DNA of 20,906 nt from Ginkgo biloba (Eukaryota; Plantae; Ginkgophyta), in contig JANKJI020000002.1 of the NCBI GenBank assembly GCA_024626585.2, forward strand, positions 185,822,937 to 185,843,842, written 5' to 3'. The notes below the pieces were generated by a model. It ran no database searches and was not told where the DNA came from. It was given only the letters and a program-made list of their open reading frames with translations. Of this stretch, positions 1-11,187 are shown piece by piece. Position numbers and translations under genes: made by a program. The first letter of the stretch is position 1. Every line of letters begins with the position of its first letter.

Positions 1-689
1 TAGTATAAGATAATATATATAATTATTTTAAATGTTAATAATAGATTTATATATTTGTTGTTACAACTTCCTATCATTTATACTTTTTTAGTTAATTTTT
101 ATTTGTTATTGATATCATTTTGTAATTAATAGTCCATATGGAACAACATAATATTTACATTTTTAAAAATACTTTTTTACAAACTGTTCTAACATGTAAT
201 TTTTAGTTCAAAAAGCATTATAATATTAAATGTACATCAGGCCTTGCCACTTTGTGGCTATTGCCCTCGTAATTCAAGCATTTTTATAATCAAAACAATT
301 ATATTGTAGCATAAGCACAATACTGTTCCTGCTCAACTTTTTGTTTCAGATATTGCAAGTTACAACTACTTACAACCATTCTACAGTTGGTAAATCTAGA
401 AGATGACCAACTAGCACTAATAGATAAACAGACAACTCAATTATATCATGTATGCCAAATGAATAACTCTTGTTGAAACTTTCAAAAAAACAAATCCTAC
501 AAGATACTGACATGGAAATAGATCAAAGGTGAACTTACATCTGCATNNNNNNNNNNNNNNNTAATTTCAATAATAGAATGCCAAATGAGACTAACAAAGC
601 ATGTTGACAGAACTATTTAAATTATAGATAGAAAGATCTTTATGCAGCAGTTGAGAAGAAAAAATGGTTTAAGTTTCAAATTTCAATGG

Positions 690-895
690 TACATTTCTTG
701 CCAACTTGACCTTCAGACTGGCATTAAGTAAATCCAAGGCAGAGAGATGTCCTACTTGAAGGGACAGACACCATGAAGTCACACNNNNNNNNNNNNNNNN
801 NNNNNNNNNNNNNNNNNNNNNNNNNNNNNNNNNNNNNNNNNNNNNNNNNNNNNNNNNTAATGATACATCTCTTGCCAGCTTGACCTTTAGAATGG
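690..895. repeat. Imperfect 32-nt direct repeat (690-721 and 864-895)
   Basis: TACATTTCTTGCCAACTTGACCTTCAGACTGG versus TACATCTCTTGCCAGCTTGACCTTTAGAATGG, 28/32 identical. Confidence 0.8.
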
Positions 896-2095
896 TGCGA
901 AGAGAACCCACGGCAGGGAGTTCTCCAAAAGGCGACAACCACACCATTAAGATTTTTTAAAACCAAGTGGCCAGCAACAAAGTGTCCTAGCCAACCAACC
1001 TAAAGAATTTCAGCAGAATTAGCAGCCACAGTTTTCTCAGGGAGTAGTACAGGGATTAGGAACTGCATCTAGGGCTGGCTCTGGCCATGAAAGAGGAGGT
1101 GTTAGCCCAGTCCTCCAGCAACAAAACTGGCAGAACCACAAGCTTCAGATTAGGTTCCCTACCTATTTCGAGTGAAGAAACAAGGTTTTGTTTCATGCCT
1201 TGAAAAACTAGCACGAAATATATTGTTAGAGCTAAACACTTTCTCCTGCTATCTTACAAAGATCGCCATCTTTACAATGCAATTCAAAAGACTTGTTATG
1301 TTAAAGCAAATTTCTGGAATAATATGCCAAACAACAGCTGGGTAAGCTTTTGTGTATATTCAGCAATTCCTCTTTTGCTGGGTACTTTTTCAACACATTC
1401 GGTCAAAGAACTCATGACCCTCGTTAAATATCTGATTACAAAATCTGTACTCGTATGCCTGGACTTAGCTTTCTTTCTCTACTATGAGAGCTACTCACCT
1501 CAGTCCCCATTTAAACTTTTCCATCCTTGTTTAAGTTTGTCTTCATTTCTCTTAAACTAATTAATATTTTTCAGTCTTTGTATGCCATTATGTGCATGCC
1601 TTCAAAGAGCTTTTTCCAATTATACAAAAGCTGCAATGACATTTGATAACAAAGTTGGTCTGCTTCAAGGTTAATTGTCCCTGGGAGGTAGTGGAAGACA
1701 AGCAGAAACATAAGAGAGTTCACATGTGATTTGAAAAACACTAAGATGCAACCTCCCTACAAATTTCACAAATTGAAGAAAGCAATTTCAACAGAATCTT
1801 GAGAACAGATTCAGAATCTTTAAGAAAGCAAAAAGCATTACACACAGGAAAAACATTTGCAACACCATTAGACACATCAAAAGAAGCCAGCTGATAGAAA
1901 GGCTTGTCAGAAAGCCAAAACTTGCACTTAATATTGTACATGTGAATTTTAACAATTCCAAGGATCCTATATTTCTTTCAAGGTTGACTAAATAAAATTC
2001 TCATGTCCTATATCTCCATCCTGCCTTGCTTGTACTTCTGCCATGATGCACATGAAGGCCTGTTTCCTAGGAGCTGATTCTAAAGCCTCCGATCA

Positions 2096-2323
2096 CTAAA
2101 CACAAAAGTTGTGCTTTTTTGGCACTGCCAGCTCAATAGGACATACATGCATGTTCATTTCATCTCCATCAAAATCAGCATTGTATGGGGAAGTGACTGA
2201 CAAGTTCAATCGAAATGTCGAGTATGGCATGATTTTGATTCTATGCCCCATAATAGACATTTTATGGAGACTGGGTTGCCGATTAAAAAGAACAAAGTCT
2301 CCATCCATCAAATGCCTCTCCAC
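2096..2323 (-). CDS. NRPB1: RNA polymerase II largest subunit, active-site exon; homology stops at ~2144, in-frame stop at 2098-2096 (gene fragment or possible pseudogene)
   Basis: TAG|GTG acceptor after a 104-nt intron. [27 protein letters not shown]...[17 protein letters not shown] with the invariant Mg-binding NADFDGD, followed by the non-canonical tail [15 protein letters not shown]. Confidence 0.9.
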   Translation of the reverse strand: MERHLMDGDFVLFNRQPSLHKMSIMGHRIKIMPYSTFRLNLSVTSPYNADFDGDEMNMHVCPIELAVPKKHNFCV

Positions 2324-2427
2324 CTATGCAAAACATGAACAATTAATTACACTGTTGAACAGTATTAGAGGGCATATAAAAAGGACTACAATATATTACC
2401 AGGAGAAATCCACAAGTTGATTCTTAC

Positions 2428-2569
2428 CTTGTAGCCCAGCTCTAAGTGGTGGTCACTGCTCTTTTTCAAGTAGCGAAGATCAAGCCTCTGGCCATCCTCC
2501 CTGACAATGTACTTTGCACCTGTTTTCCCTGGAGGAGGGTGAGGCCCATTTTCGACAAGCTCCTTTAAT
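2428..2569 (-). CDS. NRPB1: RNA polymerase II largest subunit, internal exon (142 nt)
   Basis: CAG|A completes an Arg codon after a 92-nt intron. LKELVENGPHPPPGKTGAKYIVREDGQRLDLRYLKKSSDHHLELGYK. AAG|GTAAG donor. Confidence 0.95.
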
Positions 2570-2661
2570 CTGCTTGATAAAGCAGAGGATATTAGCATAT
2601 AAATCCTACAATAATATAGACAACCTTTTAATACAACAAATGTCCTGTTAATAATATAGAC

Positions 2662-2882
2662 CTGTCAATGTTATATGGAGTCACAGTTTCTGGATATGTC
2701 ATGTTCAAGGCAATACTCCAGGGAACTCCTAGTTGATCAATGTTGAGATTTGGATCAGGAGTAATAACAGTACGGGCAGAAAAATCTACACGTTTACCCA
2801 TCAAGTTCCCTCTAATACGACCCTCCTTGGCCTTCAGTCTGCTGCTTATAGACTTGATAGGTCGTCCAGACTTCTGAGTTGC
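2662..2882 (-). CDS. NRPB1: RNA polymerase II largest subunit, internal exon (221 nt)
   Basis: CAG|GCA acceptor after a 93-nt intron. [11 protein letters not shown]...[26 protein letters not shown]...[10 protein letters not shown](R). AG|GTCTAT donor, phase 2. Confidence 0.95.
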
Positions 2883-2975
2883 CTGATGATGATAATAATA
2901 ACACATTAGTTCAACTCGTGAAAAACATTAGCCATATCAACAACAGCAAAGGCTAAAAGTAAATCCACTACATAC

Positions 2976-3137
2976 CCTTGGCTGGCCAGGCAGCTCATTG
3001 TCAAAGTAGGTAGCAATGTGGAATTGCAGCAATTGGGTGAATTCAGAGATTATATGAGCTGGAGCTCCATTTTTCTCCTGCCTCTTTAGATTTTCATTGT
3101 GTCTTATGATCATAGCAAGTTGATGAGTGAGATCATC
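2976..3137 (-). CDS. NRPB1: RNA polymerase II largest subunit, internal exon (first visible, 162 nt)
   Basis: TTGCAG|GAT acceptor; [54 protein letters not shown]; AGG|GTATG donor. Phase 0 at both ends. Confidence 0.93.
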
Positions 3138-3160
3138 CTGCAAAGTTAAAAAATATATAT

Positions 3161-3162
<2 letters not shown>

Positions 3163-3211
<49 letters not shown>

Positions 3212-3217
3212 CACACA
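3163..3217. repeat. Compound microsatellite (CT)~23 plus (CA)n running into an N gap
   Basis: Read directly from the sequence. Confidence 0.97.
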
Positions 3218-5395
3218 NNNNNNNNNNNNNNNNNNNNNNNNNNNNNNNNNNNNNNNNNNNNNNNNNNNNNNNNNNNNNNNNNNNNNNNNNNNNNNNNNNN
3301 NNNNNNNNNNNNNNNNNTGGATTAACTTCATGAATCATGTCTTACAAAATACATAAGCAGCATACTTATAAAGCAAGCTGAGAGAACATAGCATATATAC
3401 AAGTTTCCATGACAAATACATTTAGTGCTGGCATAAAAATAAACCAATTTGTATGAGTTTCCAGATCCAAAAAATTACTGTACACCAGAATGGCTCAGTC
3501 CACTTTTGCTCGTATACAAGTCAATTTAAGAACAACCCTTGATATTTACTACCAACAAAAATTTGTAAAGGGATTATTAGTCTAACAGGATGCAACAGAG
3601 ATCTATTTTTAAGCCAGAACCATTGATTCTGAGGACTGCAAATCCATACACTGCACAAACTCATTAGAATCTTTCAACTGGCGAAGAAATCTAAAATTGA
3701 AAGATCATACTTTTAGTCACGCAGATCATCATTTAGACACTTTTGTTCTTCGAGCAATAGAAAGAGATTTATACCACAAGAATAAGAAGCTAACTTGACT
3801 TCTTTGAATTCTAGGGAGGTTTCTGAGCCAGAGTTGTATTGGCATCATATTGTAAATCCTATCCATCATTGGTATCTTCTTCCATTAGTTTAGGGGAGTT
3901 GTGGATGTACGAATCTAAATTCCTTAGATAACCCATGTTTCTATCAAATTCATGACTGATATTCTATGCTTTTTAATTTAGGATCTTAAGGGTATCTTTC
4001 TTCTTATTCAACTATAATTCCATCTCATCCAACTTTACTTGGAATGTATTTGAATTTATATTTAGGTTGAAAATCAATTAATTGATGGTTACCTGAAGGT
4101 CTTCTGCTATCTAGATGTGCTCTCGTAAAAAGGTTTGAAGGTATGCTCTAATTCCCCAGTATCTTCCTCTACTTCCTATCACCATCTTCTTACACCTATG
4201 CACCATTAGATTCACATTAACTCACAAGGAAGGTAAGTGACTAACAAATGCCTAATGACATAGATTAATATAGAGAAGGAGAGAAGCCATCTCCAAAGAG
4301 GTTGGCTCAATCACCTTCATCCTTGCTCTCCCACTATAATTCATAAGTGTTCCACAAACATCACCTGTNNNNNNNNNNNNNNNNNNNNNNNNNNNNNNNN
4401 NNNNNNNNNNNNNNNNNNNNNNNNNNNNNNNNNNNNNNNNNNNNNNNNNNNNNNNNNNNNNNNNNNNNGGAGACATCACACAAGGTGATGTCGATGGCAT
4501 AGTTAATCAATGAAGGAAAGGAAGAAGGGATTGACTATGTCAGACAAAAGAAAGTAGTTACAAAGGAAGTAGTTATCAAGAATCGATTGCATAACCGTTG
4601 AGATGATTTAGGTATAATTAATTATGTCTATATAAGAGGAGGTGACTAAATCAGATGAAGACATCAATATCAGTAGAGTTATAGGACACAACAAAGATTA
4701 CTGTAACAAGACCTTTCACTATTGGTCGAATAATTCATCTCAGAAGACCAGAGGTCAGGACTAAACCAAGAAGAATCAGTGACAGACCATAGTGGCATAG
4801 GATCCCAATAGAGTCATAATCGGAGAGACAACCTTAGAAGGAGAGGCTAAATTTTCTCGATGATCCATAGAGTAGCAAGAGGGAAGGAAAGTGTCCTGTT
4901 AATGAATGCACAACTTTTAAAATACCAGTCGAAGTCAACCGACATCGATAATAGTTAGAAAAAAGAGAAGGCTGACAGATGGAGGACCGTGGACGAAATG
5001 ACCCACATGAAGATGATTGACAGGGAGATACACAGCCATCGAAGCAATGCCAAGGGAGAGAGAAGCACCATCAATAACTGATTCAACCAATGACACAACT
5101 GATGAGTTGAGAAAATTAAAAGGCACAAGAGCAAAAAATACGGCATGAGCCACATGCTGCAATAAATACAGTGATGTGTGCCTTACCTTGTAATGATTTT
5201 GCAGAAGTTAAAATTAATGAGAAAGGTATATATGAGGAAGACAAAACTGATAGAGCATTTAAAGAAGCATTACATAAGGCAAATTTGTTATTTTAGGAGA
5301 CGGAAGGTGAATCTAGTAAGCAGTCAAGAGTTCAAATCACACCAGTGAAAAGGAAGTAGAGAAATGTGCAGACACTAGAGGTTCAAGCCAAAAAC

Positions 5396-5955
5396 CTGGT
5401 GAGCACGGCAGATAAGGTCTAGGTCATGTTTCCGAAGAAATTCAGTAACCTTATCAGGTCCAAAGGTGTATGAGACACCTCTGTCATTCTCACCCCAGCC
5501 TTCAACATCTTTATCTGGATCAGCCCAAAGAAGATCACACAAGAGACCTTGATCTGGCACGTCTATAGGTCGAGCTATATTCCTTATCTGATCCAAGTTC
5601 TTCAGATCAGGAGATAGCCCTCCATGCATACAAATAATCTTTTCATCAATAAGAGCAGCAACAGGTAAACAGTTGAAGCAATCTGTGAAAATCTTCCAGA
5701 GGCGAACATTGAAACGTCGCTTACATTCATCATAGAAACCATAGATTCTATTGATTGAAGCACATTCATGATTTCCTCTTAAAAGAAAGAAGTTTTCTGG
5801 ATATTTGATCTTGTATGCCAGGAGAAGGCATATTGTCTCTATGCTCTGCTTTCCACGATCTACATAATCCCCTAAAAATAAATAATTTGCTGCTGGTGGA
5901 AAGCCACCATATGAAAACAGCCTTAACAGGTCCGAATATTGTCCATGGATATCAC
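5396..5955 (-). CDS. PP1: PP1 catalytic subunit, coding exon 2 (560 nt)
   Basis: Acceptor ATAG|GT GAT ATC completes the Gly codon from exon 1. Uninterrupted frame with the PPP motifs GDIHG, GDYVDRG, RGNHE, HGG and RAHQ. Ends CAC CAG|GTTTTT (phase 0). Confidence 0.97.
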
Positions 5956-6391
5956 CTATTGACAAAGCAACTCTGCATATTAGAAATGTTTTTCTACCAT
6001 CAAGAACAGAAACAATGATGTCAGAAGAAACTAATAAATTTACTTTTAATGTGGTAGAATTGTTTTACATATTTGCTTCAAACGTGTTAAATTTGTAAAG
6101 CAACATAAGAAAGCAATTTCACAACTTCAAAGCCAGGTAACATTCATATTGATTAATTCATCGGTATCTCTAATCCAACATAAGACAAAGCAATTGCTGC
6201 AAGAGCATGACTTCTGAAAGCAAAGAGACTTAACAAATACAGTGAAACACAGTTTAATAAAATTGTTTCTATTTAATAACTTTACTTTTAACAAGTGGTT
6301 GTATGCTTGTCTTGAGATATTTAATAACGATTAGTTCATCCCATTTATGAAGATGTAACATTTTGGAAGTTATTAATTATTTGCTAAGAAA

Positions 6392-6469
6392 GTTTTCTAC
6401 TTTGTTGTTTATCCTACTTCTCTTTTCATCTGGAACATGCACATATGCATCACATCCAAAAATTCTTAG
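6392..6469 (-). mobile_element. Ty1/Copia pol fragment (SH3-like region downstream of integrase)
   Basis: LRIFGCDAYVHVPDEKRSRINNKVE matches the Copia LRxFGCxAYVHVPxEKRxKLDxK motif. Cut off by a gap at 6470. Confidence 0.85.
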
Positions 6470-7660
6470 NNNNNNNNNNNNNNNNNNNNNNNNNNNNNNN
6501 NNNNNNNNNNNNNNNNNNNNNNNNNNNNNNNNNNNNNNNNNNNNCAAATACATATAGTATATATAACCATAGATACTCAATCATCTGTAGTTTTATTCCT
6601 AATGTCCAACAAACAGATCAAATAGCTTTGAAATAAATAAATGGCAAAATGAAAAGGTGGTTTAGATTTCACCAAAATGTTTTATTCCTAGATTCATCTT
6701 GCTCGGGTTTTCCCCTTCAGCTGTATATACCCTTTTCCTTGACACGCTGTGCCCAATATCTGACTGACCACTGGCTGGTAGCTCAGCAGTCTCTCGGTGA
6801 TAAATAGTTTGTTGTGCTCCTAAGCAATGCCAAACCACGAATATCTTTCTGACATATAATGTGAAATTGTGACCTAGCTTCTAAACTATGTTGAATGCTC
6901 TTCTTCCACTAAAAATATATATTGTCCCCTTTACCAAGGATGGGACTCATAAATAGCTTCCAATGGAGGTTAAGATGAATGCCTACAATCGAGAGTTGAA
7001 CTGGCTCAATTTCCCAATTATTTTATTCCGCTGGTTTTTCATTCTTTTGCATTTTTGTAATTTTTTGCACATTTTGCAAAAGACCCAAGTTTGTAGATTT
7101 GCTTTGGATGACTCAAATTTGCTGACTATCTTCCTNNNNNNNNNNNNNNNNNNNNNNNNNNNNNNNNNNNNNNNNNNNNNNNNNNNNNNNNNNNNNNNNN
7201 NNNNNNNNNNNNNNNNNNNNNNNNNNNNNNNNNNNNNNNTATGTATCTGACGTCTAATCTGTGACAGTTGTCTGTAAAGGGCAAGGTATTTATGGTTGGA
7301 AACTGCTCCAAGGCTGACCTGAACTTGCCAAAGCGGCAAACCTCTTTGAAAAATAGAAGAGCCTGCCAGGAAGGGATAAATCTCCCTGAAGAGTAGATTA
7401 TTCATTAACTGAACAAACTCATTGATAAAGATGAGCAAAATATAATCTCTGACAGCTCTAGATGTCGTCTGACTCACATATTCTTCTAATTGTTGCCTGC
7501 TATCTTGCAGGTGACTTTGGACTGATCTATTTGGGTTCTTGGATAAAACCATCTGATCTGATTGTACACAGCTGATTGTGAAGCTGCTAAGGGCCTTTAA
7601 CTAGTGCCTGTTATGCTTTAGTAGCGAAAAAGGTGGATGAGGAGCCTCAGGGACAGGTAC

Positions 7661-7798
7661 CTGAAAGGACTATTGGAGGAGTATCGGGACATCGCACCGG
7701 AAGAGTTACCGGCTGGACTACCACCCGAGAGGGGCATAACTCATCACATAGATCTAATTCCGAGATCTAATTTGCCAAACCAAGCAGCGTACCGGTTA
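7661..7798 (+). mobile_element. Ty3/Gypsy pol fragment (protease-RT linker, CRM/chromovirus-like)
   Basis: LKGLLEEYRDIAPEELPAGLPPERGITHHIDLIPRSNLPNQAAYR matches the Gypsy LLxEFxDVFPEELPxGLPPxRxIxHxIDLIPGxxLPNxxAYR pattern. Homology is lost just before the RT core. Confidence 0.88.
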
Positions 7799-10700
7799 AG
7801 ACAAAGAAGGGAGAAAAAGGAGGATTGGTGAACAATCGTTTAGCAGCGGCGGGGGCAACTTCAAGTTGGAGAAAGGAGCAGATTCTGAGGCTGCAGGCTT
7901 CGGTGTACCCAGAGATAGAGAAACATCATATTGGAGTTGAGTCTAGCAACGAGGGTTTGGCNNNNNNNNNNNNNNNNNNNNNNNNNNNNNNNNNNNNNNN
8001 NNNNNNNNNNNNNNNNNNNNNNNNNNNNNNNNNNNNNNNNNNNNNNNNNNNNNNNNNNNNNAAAAAGTGAGATAAAAGGAGGACACAACTTTATTAATTT
8101 GACTCTTTTATTTTGCCTTGTCCCATAAGGAGAAAATATCTTGTCTTATGACTTGACCTCTTTATTGAACAAAGAGAAAAAATAAACAACTCTTTCCCCT
8201 AGGTCTCTAAGATATACTTGAGAGAAAATCATGGAGGTTCCTTGACCCTGGCCTTCCATATTATTCTTTGTCTCCAGTAAGAAAATGACTCCCTTAGTTT
8301 AAGTGTTCTTCCCTCGTCAATATAGTGATTATGATATTAACCTAGGGGGATCGTAAACCACAGAGGAAATATTCCCTTAGAGATACTGGGCCCATTTCAA
8401 TCTCGTAGTGTTGCATTCTCGTACTTGTATGTCGTATTAAAACTTTTAAATTTTACGAGAAAAGTGATTATAGAAACTAAATTTAAAGTGGTGGAAGATT
8501 CATGAACATTGGAATTTATATAAATCCACCAGACTGGATAAGAAATATGCATAGAGGTGACATTAGAAGTTGGGGAATTATGCTAGGAAAGGTCTTCATT
8601 AGTGTGAAGGGTCAAATATTAAATCTTCAGTATGTAACTATGAGGCTAAGAAAAATATGTTATGGGAGGTGTGAGAGAGATGGATGTGGTTGGTTGACAT
8701 AAATATCTAGGCCTAACATATTTCTCTCTTCTATGAGAAGGTTGTATAGTTCCTTTGATGATGACCATATGGAAAGAGGAGGATAGAATGAGTGGAATTG
8801 GAAAAATAAAATACTAAGTAGGGATACATTTTAGGGAATAAGTATTCATAAAATAACAACTTATATATCAACAATATCTCCTACTTGATGAGAATACATT
8901 GAAGGGAATCTAAACTCAATGTCTTAATTATGTGCACACATGCTAGCTACATGAGGCTTAAGTTTCCAATGGAGGAGGAGAAAACTAAGACATGTGATAT
9001 GTAGCCTTATATTCTAACTTGAGAAGCACAATCATATGGAATGAATATTTCAAGGATACAAAGAGATCAAAAACTTTTANNNNNNNNNNNNNNNNNNNNN
9101 NNNNNNNNNNNNNNNNNNNNNNNNNNNNNNNNNNNNNNNNNNNNNNNNNNNNNNNNNNNNNNNNNNNNNNNNNNNNNNNNNNNNNNNNNNNNNNNNNNNN
9201 NNNNNNNNNNNNNNNNNNNNNNNNNNNNNNNNNNNNNNNNNNNNNNNNNNNNNNNNNNNNNNNNNNNNNNNNNNNNNNNNNNNNNNNNNNNNNNNNNNNN
9301 NNNNNNNNNNNNNNNNNNNNNNNNNNNNNNNNNNNNNNNNNNNNNNNNNNNNNNNNNNNNNAGGACTAGTCATAGAAGTGAAGCCTATCAATTTTTTCTA
9401 GGGTAGGGTAGGGAGCCACCTTGGCTGACCATGAAATATGAGATTAGGAATGCATCACTTATCAAATATTAAATGGAATGGCCCAATCCAATGAATCTTA
9501 TCTCATAGGAGTAATGCTAGACATTCCATTTATACGAATTGTGAACATACCATGCCACTAATAGCTGGGTACCAGNNNNNNNNNNNNNNNNNNNNNNNNN
9601 NNNNNNNNNNNNNNNNNNNNNNNNNNNNNNNNNNNNNNNNNNNNNNNNNNNNNNNNNNNNNNNNNNNNNNNNNNNNNNNNNNNNNNNNNNNNNNNNNNNN
9701 NNNNNNNNNNNNNNNNNNNNTATGTCATATGAAAACTCATGGTTGGGAACAATCCTTATGGTTTGGATATGTAAAACTAGAAGAATAATAGAAATAAGAA
9801 TAATAAGAGAAGTTTAGGTTGGTCAGTGAGCCTAGTGATAAGAGAATATTTAGCTCAGTTCAGAGAGCACTTGTTTACTATAATTTAGGGTGAGTAAAAT
9901 AGGAAGATTGATTTACTACTTAATGTCATAGCCTACTTGTTCGAATGGGTGTTCACTCTAAAGTGTTCCTAAATTGTATGCATACCCATGTAGGTAACTT
10001 GGTGCAACATGGAAAATTTCATTGAAAGAGATCAATAAATAAAATAAAAACAAACAACTTCCAAATACAAAATCCAAAATGGCTAAATATCCCAGTTATC
10101 AATAATTTGACTACATCCACTACTTTCTATGTCGAGCATGACAAAATGATCTTGCTATTATTGTTGGCCTATTAACAACAAACAAAATCTGATCAGTTTC
10201 CTTATGATTTTAGGAAAGGGTGTACAAATTTTATGTGAATACATTGTCATTCTCACTCAAGTAATTGTTGAGGCAATAACAAATGAATAGATTTCCCTAA
10301 ACCCACCTCCCTCATTCACAATTATTTGCATATCCTTACAGAATCGTTGATTAATTTTTTCCTTCACGTTTTTCCAATCAACACTCTTCTTAAATGCTTC
10401 ACTAGTTTTATCCACACAAGCATGGCTAAAATAAACACTCTCATGCAATTCATACAAGATTTTATACTTCAGCTCAAAATTATCAAGAATACTAAATGTC
10501 CTCCATGCCATGTTGCAAATATCAACATCTTTCAAAAATTAATCATCTTTACTAAATGTCCTTCTAGTGCTTTATGTGTTGCTTTTGTGTTTCTCTCACT
10601 TCATCTTNNNNNNNNNNNNNNNNNNNNNNNNNNNNNNNNNNNNNNNNNNNNNNNNNNNNNNNNNNNNNNNNNNNNNNNNNNNNNNNNNNNNNNNNNNNNN

Positions 10701-10996
10701 NNNNNNNAAAAAGAGAAAGAGGGGAGAGACATCTTTTCAAGTTAACAATTTTATAGTAAAGTATTTGGATCATGGAAAGCTAAACACTCCAATTCTTCTA
10801 TAGGCATGTGTTTCTTATGACAAGCGTTTTGTCAAAATTTTATGAATATCAATATTTTTTTCTTCATTGTTTACTGACTGTAATTTTTTTACATGTTCTT
10901 AGTTTTGTTTTGTTGACCATATTATTTCCATATTCCAAATCCAATGTACCAATCTATTCTGTGTACTCTGTGACTTTGGTTAGTAAGTTGTATGCT

Positions 10997-11187
10997 GGAT
11001 GAGAGCATTATTTTCAGGGTGCAGTTTTGATATGAAACTAGGCAGGGGACTTATCCATAAGGGGTCCACTGCACCAAATATATCATATGTCCTCTGTGAC
11101 ATTGATTACCATGTTTGCATGAGGATGATGGCATTACATTCAGGGTGCAGTTTTAACAAGAATGTAGATAGTGGAATAATCCAGAAG
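10997..11187. repeat. Imperfect 65-nt direct repeat, period 126 (10997-11061 and 11123-11187)
   Basis: Gapless alignment of about 50/65, with an exact core TTCAGGGTGCAGTTTT. Confidence 0.8.

Noticed and set aside
3146-3333. ERERER and SLSLSL ORFs
   Set aside because: These are translations of the microsatellite and the gap.
4469-4900. LTR-like stretch with TATATAAG near 4630
   Set aside because: Only the composition is suggestive; no second copy, termini, PBS or PPT.
1-5395. Helitron or Pack-MULE termini flanking the RPB1 fragment
   Set aside because: The ACTAG sites near 410 and 1207 lack an adjacent hairpin, and no TIR or TSD pair was seen, so the capture mechanism is unsupported.
6983-7552. 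189-aa minus-strand ORF
   Set aside because: It spans an N gap, has no recognisable domain and lies among retroelement debris.
9845-9950. tRNA-like TAGCTCAGTTCAGAGAGC with a distant GTTCGAAT
   Set aside because: No acceptor stem, anticodon stem or T stem could be built; at most a decayed tRNA or SINE relic.
10257-10535. 92-aa minus-strand ORF inside PP1 intron 1
   Set aside because: No recognisable motif or splice structure; probably a decayed transposon sequence.
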